Shown here piece by piece: positions 17,066 to 26,664 of a DNA stretch of 44,708 nt (positions are counted from its first letter, which is position 1; each line of letters starts with the position of its first letter). Under the pieces are notes generated by a model. That model was not told where the DNA came from. It did no database searches and was given only the letters and a program-made list of their open reading frames with translations. The stretch spans positions 1 to 44,708 of the forward strand of contig CAYVBH010000003.1 in NCBI GenBank assembly GCA_964449015.1. The letters run 5' to 3'. This DNA comes from an uncultured Bacteroidales bacterium (GTDB taxonomy: Bacteria > Bacteroidota > Bacteroidia > Bacteroidales > UBA10428). The translations under genes and the position numbers were made by a program.

Positions 17066-17736
17066 ATGATAGATAAAACAGAGTTGAATCCCCAGTTGAA
17101 CGCTTTCCGGATTCCGTTGGTGAGTGTCAAAAATATGAAGCATGAGTTAGTCCATTTGATTCAGCAATTCATTGGGAATCAGCTTTAAAGGACTTTACGT
17201 CTTATTATGCTGATATGGTTCGACCGACAGTACTGGTTCGCAAGACGGTAGGGTGCATATCTCTATGGCAGATGTACGGTCAATCCATAGCATCTTCTGT
17301 TGATTGTTGGGTTGAGAATCTGTAATAGATCCGATAAATCGGCACGACGATACCTCTTTTCAGATTGAAAACATTTTATTCCCGAGTAAATTTTTTACAC
17401 TTCAGCAGGCATCTTGGCACTGACGAAGCTGAAAAGCTGTTAAAGCTCAGTATCAGATTCTTTGAGGAGAAAGATGTGCTCATTGATGCTACAGTCCAGG
17501 GGAAGCGCCTCACGTATCCAACGGATTGGAAGCTTCATTAGAAGATAGCAGAAGGCTGCTTGAAGATAGCTGAGAAAGGAAACATTGATCTTCGTCAGAG
17601 GTTAAAATCACACTCTTGTTCAGTTAATATAGATCAGCGGTTCCATGATCATCCCAAAAGGTGAAAGAAGACAAAGGCAGCCGTAGTCTTCAATATGATG
17701 AAAAGATTAAGGCAGATCCGTGATGCCATTTATTAA
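17066..17736 (+). pseudogene. Decayed IS5-family (DUF772 + DDE_Tnp_1 type) transposase gene
   Basis: No intact plus-strand ORF lies in 16961-17925 (the track shows only a 60-aa minus ORF at 17848-18030, judged spurious), but three frame pieces read like an IS5-type transposase. Piece 1, 17066-17188: MIDKTELNPQLNAFRIPL... Piece 2, 17206-17322: YADMVRPTVLVRKTVGCISLWQMYGQSIASSVDCWVENL (compare Y..GRP....r.mvgl..Lk..y.lSDe....W.ENpY). Piece 3, 17395-17736: LHFSRHLGTDEAEKLLKLSIRFFEEKDVLIDATVQGKRLTYPTDWKLH*KIAEGCLKIAEKGNIDLRQRL...HDHPKR*KK...MKRLRQIRDAIY* (compare FR.RiGeeG.EkLL...vivDtTVQeK.I.fPTD.kL). There are at least two frameshifts and three in-frame stops, and the distal DDE half is missing. 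Confidence 0.6.
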
Positions 17737-17821
17737 GTTTGGGATTTACTGATCAGCTACAAACCGGTAAAATCAATAATTGTGCTGATCCTTTGGAAAA
17801 CAAGACTTGTAAAGGTTAGAC

Positions 17822-17829
17822 TAACTTTG
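17822..17829 (+). promoter_or_regulatory. Candidate Bacteroidota -7 promoter element TAacTTTG
   Basis: Exact match to TAnnTTTG, 97 nt upstream of ATG 17926 and just downstream of the IS relic. The nearest upstream TTTG is about 26 nt away, longer than the usual spacing. The motif is expected by chance about once per 1.5-2 kb per strand. Confidence 0.25.
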
Positions 17830-17925
17830 CTGTCTTTGAAACAAGAATCATAGAAAGATTTTAGTTACATAATCAATACTGTAAACATTGAGTCTTTGAC
17901 TTAATAGTGATTTAATTGAATTATT

Positions 17926-19812
17926 ATGGCAGGTATGTTGATTAGGTTTATTCCTGTGATAATGTATGTAATTATTCTCAGCATTACAGGCAAAGCTTTG
18001 CTTAAGATGATGCGGATAGAGATTTTTCATGGTAGGCTATCTGATTATATTGTTGGATTTCTTTTTATTCAGATTGTAAGTTTTATCTCCTTTCTGGTAT
18101 TTGTGGGTCTCTTTAAATTTAGTTATTGGACACATTTCATTCCTTCAATACTTCTCATTATATGGCAAGGATATAGATCTATGATATCTTCTTCCGAGAG
18201 TTGTAGATTAGGGTTGGAATTATCAAGATATTATCCCGCCTTAATTCTTTTCATGCTAATCTCCACACTAGTTCTTTATGAAGCATCAGCTCAGTTCCAT
18301 GCTGCCATTAGGAAAGAAGGTGTGATTCACGTTGATATGGTATATCATTCTGGTATAATTACTGCCATCCTTGAGTACGGTTATCCAATTGTAGACCTGC
18401 AATATGCCGGTGGTTTAATAAGATATCACATAATCACCCATTTCATTGCATCCCAATTAACGTTTGTTTCAGGATTGGAACCTTATCAGGTCTTTGTTAT
18501 CTTCTTCCCATTGTTTAGTATTTTAGGTATTTCCATTCTAATTTTCGACCTGGTTAGAAAAGAATTAGGAACCAGGTTTTCAATTCATGGCTTTCTGGCA
18601 ATTGGAATTCTCTCTTTTCTGGGGGCTTATTTACTGCCAGGCTATTGGTTCAATACTCAGGTACATGAATTTTTCATTAGTCCATCTTATCAACTACAAT
18701 TAGTAATTGTACTTATTATCTCAGCATGCATTCTTGAGAAATCTGATCTTGAATACAAGCTAAAAGATTATTCCACTTTCTTTGTATTGTTCTGTTTTTG
18801 CATTCTCACCAAAGGGTCAAGCCTGCCATTACTGCTAATGGGTTTCGGCTTTTTAGTTGTGCATAGGTTTTGGAGGTTCCGAAGAATCATACTGTCTGAT
18901 GTGATATTTCTTTGTTTGTGCGGTATCATAGGTGCCATTATTTACCTTGTATTCTTTAGTTTTGAATCAAGTAATGGTGAAAGCTATCTCACTTTATGGG
19001 GCTATAATTCGAAATATATCAATTTTTCATATCTAGATACTCTTCTAACCCAGAAGTTGGGCTTAAGAATAAATAATTGGGTTTTGTTTGCTATTACTAT
19101 TGTTACTTACAGATTTTACATAGTTAGATTTTATAGGGAGCCTGTAGTTCTTTTCTCGATTGGAGTGGCCTTTGCAGGACTTTTATTCTTGCTTTTCTAC
19201 ACAAGAGATCCTATACAGTTTTTCGAGGTTGGTATATTCTTGATTAATCTATTTCTTGGACTATTTCTAATAAAAAACTACAGTAGGATATCTTGGATAA
19301 GTTTGGCATTGATTCTATTTCTATTGCCTCTAAGCATTTATCCTATATCAAGTCATGGGTTTCAAATGAAAAGGTATATGAAAGAAGAAAGCGAAAGGTA
19401 TTATCCACTGTCGCCTCAGCGTTATGAATTATACAATGTTATTAATGCTGTCACTCAAAAGGATGATAAGGTTTTTACTCCATCAGTATATGGCGCAACT
19501 AATTCTAGTGCTGATAATTTCTATCCGGCTGCATTGAGCAAGCGTATATTCTATCTGGGGGGATTCAAATATGGGAACCAAAAGTTTTATGAGGACTTTG
19601 ATACTAGACTTAAGCTTGTTAATGAGTTTTCATTTAGCAGGGACTTTTTGAGTACCATTAAATTGGAAAAAATAAGTTACATTTTGGTTGAATATGATGG
19701 TAATATCAATGACCTAACAAAAGAAATAAATGAAGTTGTTAAAACAGACAGTTGCTCGGCGTATAGGGTCTTGCATCATAATTCGGCCGGCGTATTAATT
19801 CAATTGTTCTGA
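17926..19812 (+). CDS. Large polytopic membrane protein with C-terminal soluble domain (GT-C-like transferase or second polymerase/ligase-like protein; function unknown)
   Basis: 628 aa. Hydrophobic segments run continuously for about 470 aa, with one loop carrying HVDMVYHSGIITAILEYGYPIVDLQYAGGLIRYH. The last about 150 aa form a hydrophilic tail (MKRYMKEESERYYPLSPQRYELY...). I recognise no family motif. Confidence 0.7.
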   Translation: MAGMLIRFIPVIMYVIILSITGKALLKMMRIEIFHGRLSDYIVGFLFIQIVSFISFLVFVGLFKFSYWTHFIPSILLIIWQGYRSMISSSESCRLGLELSRYYPALILFMLISTLVLYEASAQFHAAIRKEGVIHVDMVYHSGIITAILEYGYPIVDLQYAGGLIRYHIITHFIASQLTFVSGLEPYQVFVIFFPLFSILGISILIFDLVRKELGTRFSIHGFLAIGILSFLGAYLLPGYWFNTQVHEFFISPSYQLQLVIVLIISACILEKSDLEYKLKDYSTFFVLFCFCILTKGSSLPLLLMGFGFLVVHRFWRFRRIILSDVIFLCLCGIIGAIIYLVFFSFESSNGESYLTLWGYNSKYINFSYLDTLLTQKLGLRINNWVLFAITIVTYRFYIVRFYREPVVLFSIGVAFAGLLFLLFYTRDPIQFFEVGIFLINLFLGLFLIKNYSRISWISLALILFLLPLSIYPISSHGFQMKRYMKEESERYYPLSPQRYELYNVINAVTQKDDKVFTPSVYGATNSSADNFYPAALSKRIFYLGGFKYGNQKFYEDFDTRLKLVNEFSFSRDFLSTIKLEKISYILVEYDGNINDLTKEINEVVKTDSCSAYRVLHHNSAGVLIQLF

Positions 19813-19948
19813 AGCTAATAATTATTGTGGTATTCCTCAATTCAATTACCTTACTGATACCAATCCGGGTTATTACATGGCTTTACATTCATTTGTACAA
19901 GTGATTTTTAATGATATGAATTTGAACAGTTATTGAAGTGGAATATTT

Positions 19949-21079
19949 ATGCAAAGCACTTGGTCTTCACAAAATATTTTAAGAAATATAGCTAATATTC
20001 CTGGCTGGCGATCCAGATTTCCAATAGTTGTTTTTGAGTCAGATGACTGGGGCAGCATTCGGATGCCTTCGAATGGAGTTTTCAAATCTTTAATGGCTAG
20101 CGGGATCGATCTATTATCAGATGATGGATCTAGATTTAACAAGTTCGATTCATTAGCAACCGCAGAAGATATTTCATCGCTTTTTGAGGTGCTTTCTTCA
20201 ATCAAGGATATAACAGGAAGGGCAGCAGTATTCACCCCCGCATCAGTAGTTGCTAATCCGGATTTCTCCAGAATAAAAGAATCCGGTTTCACTGAATACC
20301 ACTATGAATCATTTGTAGAAACTCTTAAAAGATACCCAGGTTGTGAAAATTCCTTTAATTTATGGCTAGAAGGGATTAAAGAGAGATTATTTGTACCTCA
20401 ATTTCATGGCCGTGAGCACCTTAATGTTTCGGTTTGGATGAGAGCCTTGGGGGATGGTCACAAGAAATCAATGGTTGCATTCAATAATCATATGTGGGGA
20501 ATCTCAACCTCAAAAGACCCGGAGATAAAGGTTGAATTTCAAGCCGCATTTGACTTTATTAATCCCATAGATCTGAAAAAGCATGAGGAGATTATAGTAT
20601 CTGGACTATCACTCTTTGAAGAACTCTTTGGTTACAAGGCCCGTTACTTTGTTCCTCCCAATGGGCATTTCAGTTATAATCTTGAAGGCGTGATAGTTAA
20701 AAGTGGGGTCAGGTTTCTTTCGACCTATAAATTTCATCTTGAACCAATAGGCGCCGGAAGGAAGAAGAGACATTTGCATTGGCTTGGTCAGAAGAGCAAA
20801 AGTGGGATTGTTTATATGACCAGAAATTGTTTCTTTGAACCGAGTCAATCGGGAAAGGATTGGATAGACAGTTGTTTAAAAGACATTGAAGTTGCATTTA
20901 GATGGGGGAAGCCTGCAATAATAAGCACACACAGAGTAAACTATATTGGTGCTTTGGATAAACGTAATCGAGACAATGGCCTTTTCAATTTAGAAACCCT
21001 ACTCAAGAGAATTAAGAAGAAATGGCAGAACGTTGTTTTCTTAACTACTGAGGAATTAGGCAATATTATGTGCCGATGA
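19949..21079 (+). CDS. CE4/NodB-like (polysaccharide deacetylase-fold) protein, paralogue 1
   Basis: 376 aa. The motif order resembles NodB. VVFESDDWG matches TFDDG. FHGREH matches H(S/T)xxH. ARYFVPPNG matches R.PYG. AIISTHRVNY matches the LxH block. Confidence 0.55.
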   Translation: MQSTWSSQNILRNIANIPGWRSRFPIVVFESDDWGSIRMPSNGVFKSLMASGIDLLSDDGSRFNKFDSLATAEDISSLFEVLSSIKDITGRAAVFTPASVVANPDFSRIKESGFTEYHYESFVETLKRYPGCENSFNLWLEGIKERLFVPQFHGREHLNVSVWMRALGDGHKKSMVAFNNHMWGISTSKDPEIKVEFQAAFDFINPIDLKKHEEIIVSGLSLFEELFGYKARYFVPPNGHFSYNLEGVIVKSGVRFLSTYKFHLEPIGAGRKKRHLHWLGQKSKSGIVYMTRNCFFEPSQSGKDWIDSCLKDIEVAFRWGKPAIISTHRVNYIGALDKRNRDNGLFNLETLLKRIKKKWQNVVFLTTEELGNIMCR

Positions 21080-22257
21080 CATTGATTCTATCATCACACG
21101 GTCTCCACCTTTCAAAATATATACCATTGAAATATTCAGTAAAAAATCTGCGAAGAAGGATAATGAATTTTCCCGGTTGGCGCACTAATCGGAAAATAGT
21201 TGTATTCGATTCTGATGATTGGGGAAGCATTGCACTACCTTCAAAAGAGACTTATCTGAATTTAATGGATGCTGGTTTTAATTTGGATCTGAATCCTTAT
21301 TTAAAATACGATTCTCTCGCGAGTGAAAATGACTTGACTTCGTTGTTTGATATACTTAAGAAGTTCCATGACAAAAATGGTAATTATCCTGTCTTCACAG
21401 CCAATACAGTTGTTGCCAATCCTGACTTTGAGGCGATTGAAGCTTCGGGTTTCAACACGTACCATTATGAGTTATTTACAGAGTCATTGAAAAAATACGG
21501 CAATCATGAAAATTCTTTCAAGCTGTGGCACGAAGGATATAAGGAGGGTCTTTTCTATCCTCAATTTCATGCTCGGGAACACCTAAACGTAAAATACTGG
21601 ATGAATGCTCTCAGACTTGGGCATCCTCAGATCACATATGGATTTAGAAAGAAATTCTATATTCTGGATACCGCTACACATCCTAATATTGAACATTCCT
21701 GCACATCTGCATATTATCCCAAGGATGAGGAAGAATACTATATGATTGAAGACTCGATCAAAGATGGCCTCCAAATTTTCAGAAGGCTTTTCGGATTCTC
21801 ATCAAGATCATTTACTGCCACGGGACACATATGGAATTCGAGGCTTGAATCCTTACTAAAGAATGAGGGGGTGAGGTACCTGAAGGGCATTATGATACAG
21901 AGAGAGCCGGTGATTGGAACCAGTAGATTCAGAAAAAGGTATAATTATACAGGCAAAGAGAATAGTCTTGGAATGATACATTTAGTAAGGAACGCTTTTT
22001 TCGAACCAGGCCTTACTGAAGACAAGGATGGCGAAGTAGCTGATTGTCTCGAAAGAATCGATGTGGCCTTCGCCTGCAAAAAACCTGCAATTATATCAAC
22101 ACATCGGATAAATTATATCGGGTCAATATGTGAAGAATTCAGCAAAGATAACCTCAGACACCTGGATCATCTCATAAAGTTTATTCTTAAAAAATATCCG
22201 GATGTTGAGTTCATGTCAACTGATCAGCTAGGGTCATTAATCGAGGGTGGCACATAG
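21076..22257 (+). CDS. CE4/NodB-like protein, paralogue 2 (motif 3 degenerate)
   Basis: The ORF track starts at GTG 21070. ATG 21076 gives an ATGA overlap with the upstream stop (21076-21079). About 40-45 % identical to paralogue 1 by eye (VVFDSDDWG, FHAREH, AIISTHRINY), but FVPPNG is replaced by FTATGH. Confidence 0.55.
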   Translation: MTLILSSHGLHLSKYIPLKYSVKNLRRRIMNFPGWRTNRKIVVFDSDDWGSIALPSKETYLNLMDAGFNLDLNPYLKYDSLASENDLTSLFDILKKFHDKNGNYPVFTANTVVANPDFEAIEASGFNTYHYELFTESLKKYGNHENSFKLWHEGYKEGLFYPQFHAREHLNVKYWMNALRLGHPQITYGFRKKFYILDTATHPNIEHSCTSAYYPKDEEEYYMIEDSIKDGLQIFRRLFGFSSRSFTATGHIWNSRLESLLKNEGVRYLKGIMIQREPVIGTSRFRKRYNYTGKENSLGMIHLVRNAFFEPGLTEDKDGEVADCLERIDVAFACKKPAIISTHRINYIGSICEEFSKDNLRHLDHLIKFILKKYPDVEFMSTDQLGSLIEGGT

Positions 22258-22326
22258 TCAATAAGCAGCTGCTTAATAAATCTCAATATCTCCTATTTGA
22301 AGAACTTTCAGTTGAGTCATAATGTC

Positions 22327-23475
22327 ATGAGAAAGCCCAGATACATCATCAATGCTATGGGTATGCATTCATCAAAATATGGTGGATTGGAAAAGTTCAT
22401 TGTTCGTTTGGCACAGGTGCTTAGTAATGATGGCATATATTTTATAGCGTTATATAATTCTAAACCCAGTTCTGAAGAGTTTATAAAAGACTTGACTCAA
22501 TATGGAGGTAAATTAGTCTACACAAATGCGATGCATCCCCTCACTTATCTTTTGTCATATATTAAACTCTTTATTAAATATCGGCCTTCCTTGGTTCATG
22601 CCCATTTTCAACTGTACTACTCAGTATTATATGCAAAACTATTGGGATGCAGACATATTTTCAGTTCAATACATGATCTGACTTATGATAAAAATTTATG
22701 CCAAATACAGTCGGTTAAGCAAATAAAACTTTCGACAAGAATTTTTCGGGGAATTATTAATAGATCTTCCAATAAATTCTTTTGTGTGTCAGATGCAGTT
22801 AAAGTTCAATATTCAGTATTGTTTCCAAGAACCTCTGAAAAATTGGTGACTCTGTATTTAGGTACTGCACAAAACGATAAAATGCCTGGACATACAGTGA
22901 TTAGACCAACTTTGTATAAAGACAAAATTGTTATTGGTACGATTGGTTTTAACTCACCTGTAAAAGGATTAGACATACTTTTAGAATCAATGCTGCTGCT
23001 AATAAATATGTATAAGTGTACTAACTTTATGGTTTGTCAGATTGGGATTGATATTAATGATCCAGAAAGTTTAGCCCTTTGTGCTCTGGCGAAGGAGAAA
23101 GGCTTGGATGATTACATTGATTGGATTGGTATTACAAATTCTGTCCCTGAATTATTGCATAACATGGATATCTATTGTCAACCATCACGCTCAGAGGCGT
23201 TATCTTTATCTATTATGGAAGCTGGTATGGCGGGATTGCCAATTGTTGGCTCAAGAGTCGGAGGAATCCCAGAAATAATCATTGATGGATATAACGGTTA
23301 TCTGTTTGAAAACGGAAATGCTAATCAACTTGCTGAATGCCTGTATAACCTTATTATTAATGCTGATCTGAGGAGACAGATTGGAGCTAACTCAAGAGAT
23401 TATATGTTGGCAAACTTTAATATTCAAACTCAAGTCGAAAAAATGTCTGTAGAATATCTTAAAGTCTTAGATTAG
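22327..23475 (+). CDS. GT4 family glycosyltransferase
   Basis: The ORF track starts at TTG 22297; the first ATG (MRKPRYIINAMG) is 22327. C-terminal E-x7-E-type block: PSRSEALSLSIMEAGMAGLPIVGSRVGGIPEIIIDGYNGYLFE. Confidence 0.8.
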   Translation: MRKPRYIINAMGMHSSKYGGLEKFIVRLAQVLSNDGIYFIALYNSKPSSEEFIKDLTQYGGKLVYTNAMHPLTYLLSYIKLFIKYRPSLVHAHFQLYYSVLYAKLLGCRHIFSSIHDLTYDKNLCQIQSVKQIKLSTRIFRGIINRSSNKFFCVSDAVKVQYSVLFPRTSEKLVTLYLGTAQNDKMPGHTVIRPTLYKDKIVIGTIGFNSPVKGLDILLESMLLLINMYKCTNFMVCQIGIDINDPESLALCALAKEKGLDDYIDWIGITNSVPELLHNMDIYCQPSRSEALSLSIMEAGMAGLPIVGSRVGGIPEIIIDGYNGYLFENGNANQLAECLYNLIINADLRRQIGANSRDYMLANFNIQTQVEKMSVEYLKVLD

Positions 23476-23540
23476 AGTGTCGTTAATCACATGATTTTAT
23501 TTCTATATTATGACGCTCCGTATAACTATATTTTGGATAA

Positions 23541-24671
23541 ATGGATACTATACAAATCCTGCTCACTGGTGATTTCTGTCCTAGTTTGGATAATGAATGT
23601 TTTGCAGTAGAAAAAGGACCCGAATTGGTTTTCAATGATCTTTTGCCTGAACTTTTAGGAAGTGATCTTAACATAATTGACCTGGAGTGTCCGCTGGTTA
23701 CTGGAGGCAGTAGAATCTTCAAGACTGGGCCATACACTAAAGCCTCACCCCAGACAATATCCCTTTTAAAACAGTCCAACATACATTTGGTGGCATTAGC
23801 CAATAATCACATTATGGATTATGGGGAAGATGGACTAAAACAGACCTTGAAACTATGTCATGAAAACGGGATACGTACTGTTGGGGCCGGGATTAATCTT
23901 CTCGAAGCCCGAATGCCCTGTTCCCTTACCATTAAGGGACGAAAGGTAAAGATCCTTAATTTTGCCGAAAACGAATGGTCTACCACTAGAGGCATTAATC
24001 CAGGTGCAAATCCTTTAGATCCCATAAGAAATTATAAAGATATATGTAAGGCCAGAAAGGAGGCGGATATTGTTCTGATCATTTTCCATGGTGGTAATGA
24101 ATTCTATGAATTGCCCAGTCCAAGACTGAAAGAATTGTTTCATTTTTTTTCTGATGCAGGAGCTTCAGCAATAATAGCCCATCATACTCATGTAAGCAGC
24201 GGTTACGAGATTTATAATGGGGTCCCTATATTTTATGGTCTTGGGAACTTTTACTATAGCACTGAAAAGCCGGATCAAGAGGATTGGTATTATGGCTATG
24301 TAGTTCTATTGAGAATAGACCATGATGTCAGATTTGAAATTGTTCCAATTGTACAAAACAAGGAATTACCTGGAGTTCATAAGTTAAATGGTTCTGACAA
24401 GGGCTATTTTTTGGGAAGGCTGGATCAATTAAACAAGATAATTGCAGACGATGAATGCCTAATGGGTCACTTTACAAACTATTCCAGGGAGAATTCCTTC
24501 AGGTATGACCTTTTACTTGAACCTTACAAAAATGACCTGCTTTCATTTCTCAGAAAAAGAGGTTGCTTCCCATCATTCTATTCACGGCGAAAGAAACGAA
24601 TTCTTCTGAATGTAATTCGTTGCGAAGCCCATAGAGATGTACTTCTTGCCTACCTTGAGAAATATGTCTAG
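23541..24671 (+). CDS. CapA/PgsA-like (PGA_cap) metallophosphoesterase-fold protein
   Basis: 376 aa. ILLTGDF, LVALANNHIMDYGEDGL, NGIRTVGAG, IFHGGNEF and IAHHTHV follow the CapA-family motif order. Confidence 0.65.
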   Translation: MDTIQILLTGDFCPSLDNECFAVEKGPELVFNDLLPELLGSDLNIIDLECPLVTGGSRIFKTGPYTKASPQTISLLKQSNIHLVALANNHIMDYGEDGLKQTLKLCHENGIRTVGAGINLLEARMPCSLTIKGRKVKILNFAENEWSTTRGINPGANPLDPIRNYKDICKARKEADIVLIIFHGGNEFYELPSPRLKELFHFFSDAGASAIIAHHTHVSSGYEIYNGVPIFYGLGNFYYSTEKPDQEDWYYGYVVLLRIDHDVRFEIVPIVQNKELPGVHKLNGSDKGYFLGRLDQLNKIIADDECLMGHFTNYSRENSFRYDLLLEPYKNDLLSFLRKRGCFPSFYSRRKKRILLNVIRCEAHRDVLLAYLEKYV

Positions 24672-24729
24672 ACTACTAATGGTAAAAGCTCGAAGAAATT
24701 ATTTTAATTTTAACTTTTAACCTCTTATT

Positions 24730-26664
24730 ATGTGTGGTATTGCAGGTTATATTAACCGTGATCTGAAAAATGTCCAAGATACTCAAAAAATTTGTCAGAT
24801 GTTGGCAGTACAGAAGCATAGAGGCCCGGATGACACTGGGATTACTGCTTTCAGTTTAATTTCGGGCAGATTGTCGGAGATGAGTACCGTTAACCCTATG
24901 CAATCAGAACCAGGCATGGAAGGTATGTTAGGATTTAACAGACTCAGCATTCTCGATCTCTCTCCAAAAGGCCATCAGCCAATGATTAGCCCTGATCAGA
25001 AAGTTATTATGGTAATGAACGGGGAAATATATAATGCTTTTAACTATAAGGATGAATTGTCAAAGTGGGGATATTGTTTTAAAAGCACAAGTGACACTGA
25101 GATTGTGCTTGCCCTCTATTTAAAATATGGATTTGAACAAACACTGGCCAAATTGAATGGCATGTTCTCACTTGTGTTCATCGATTTGCTCCAGAAGACC
25201 ATATTTATTGCTCGAGACAGGTTTGGAATTAAGCCTATCTATTATCTTGTAAGAGAAGATATTTTTGCATTTTCCTCGGAGCTGAAGTCTTTTAAGTTTT
25301 TGGATAACTTCTCTTTTAGGCTTAATGAAGATCAATTAGACGAGTATCTGCTTTTCAGAAGCAATGTCACGAGTACCCTAGTAAAAGACATTGAATTCAT
25401 TAAACCAGGACATTTCATTACCTATTCGCATCAGAATGGGCTTACTATAAGAAAATACTTTAATATAAACGAGTATTCGCGTCACTCTACTCTTCATCAA
25501 GATTTGAACTATTATACCGAAGGATTTCAGGATCATTTAAAGAGAAGTGTTAATGCTCAACTTATGAGTGATGTTAGAGTAGGATGCCAATTGTCAGGTG
25601 GAATTGACTCTTCTTTGGTTACTTGGTTCGCGAACAGTGACAGAAATAGCGAAAGCTTTGAAGCAGTCTCAATTATTTTTGATGAGGAGCGGTTTAATGA
25701 AGAGAGATACATAGACAAGGTAACACAAAAACTGAATATTCCAAACCATAAATTTCTACTTGATCCTAACTATTATGCTGATAACATTGAAAAATCAACG
25801 TGGCATCTTGAGACACCCCTCAATCACCCCAATACGGTTGCCATTTATTATTTATGTCAACAAGCCAAGAATCATGTTACTGTTCTGCTTAGCGGAGAGG
25901 GGGCTGATGAGATTTTCGGTGGTTATGAGAGGTTCTTAGATATCAAATATCCATATACTTCAAGAAGATTACTTCACGAAATAAAGAGGAACATTAATAC
26001 TCCCTCAGCCATCTGTAACTATTTCCATCATGAATGGAGAGCAGTCATGGCGACTGCATATATGTTGCCTTCTTTGGCCGCTCTATTAAAAGCCGGGTTT
26101 AGCAACGAAAAAGCAACCGATTATCGGCTTGAATTATATAGGTCTTTGTCCGGTTCCTTGTTTAATCGACAGGTCAAGTATGAAATTCTGACTTACTTGC
26201 CGGACTTATTAACCCGTCAGGATAAAATGTCAATGGCCCATTCGATTGAAAATCGCGTTCCTTTTCTGGATAATGAAGTTGTAGAGTATTCGTTTTGTAT
26301 TCCTGAAAAGTATTTGGCAGTAAGGGGGAGCCCAGAGGGCTGTCACCATGAGAAGTACCTTTTAAAAAAAATAGCAGCGAAAATATTTGGTGATGATTTT
26401 GCATTTCGTGATAAAATGGGTTTTGGTATCCCGCTCAGAGAGTTTCTTGCGAATGAAAGTTTCAACGAGTACTTGAAATGCAAAATACTTCCGGGTATAA
26501 GGGAAAGATCAATTTTTGACCATAAAATAGTGGCGAACTGGCTCAAGAATATAAGCAAACTAAGATATTTTGAGCTTGAATCATTATGGGAAATGGTCGC
26601 ATTTGAGATTTGGGCTTCAATATATTTAGACAATAGTTATGAAAATTGCGATACATCCTTCTAA
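24730..26664 (+). CDS. Glutamine-hydrolysing asparagine synthetase homologue (WbpS/WbtH-like amidotransferase candidate)
   Basis: 644 aa. Ntn nucleophile MCGIAGY at the N-terminus and PP-loop QLSGGIDSSLV in the synthetase domain. Confidence 0.8.
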   Translation: MCGIAGYINRDLKNVQDTQKICQMLAVQKHRGPDDTGITAFSLISGRLSEMSTVNPMQSEPGMEGMLGFNRLSILDLSPKGHQPMISPDQKVIMVMNGEIYNAFNYKDELSKWGYCFKSTSDTEIVLALYLKYGFEQTLAKLNGMFSLVFIDLLQKTIFIARDRFGIKPIYYLVREDIFAFSSELKSFKFLDNFSFRLNEDQLDEYLLFRSNVTSTLVKDIEFIKPGHFITYSHQNGLTIRKYFNINEYSRHSTLHQDLNYYTEGFQDHLKRSVNAQLMSDVRVGCQLSGGIDSSLVTWFANSDRNSESFEAVSIIFDEERFNEERYIDKVTQKLNIPNHKFLLDPNYYADNIEKSTWHLETPLNHPNTVAIYYLCQQAKNHVTVLLSGEGADEIFGGYERFLDIKYPYTSRRLLHEIKRNINTPSAICNYFHHEWRAVMATAYMLPSLAALLKAGFSNEKATDYRLELYRSLSGSLFNRQVKYEILTYLPDLLTRQDKMSMAHSIENRVPFLDNEVVEYSFCIPEKYLAVRGSPEGCHHEKYLLKKIAAKIFGDDFAFRDKMGFGIPLREFLANESFNEYLKCKILPGIRERSIFDHKIVANWLKNISKLRYFELESLWEMVAFEIWASIYLDNSYENCDTSF

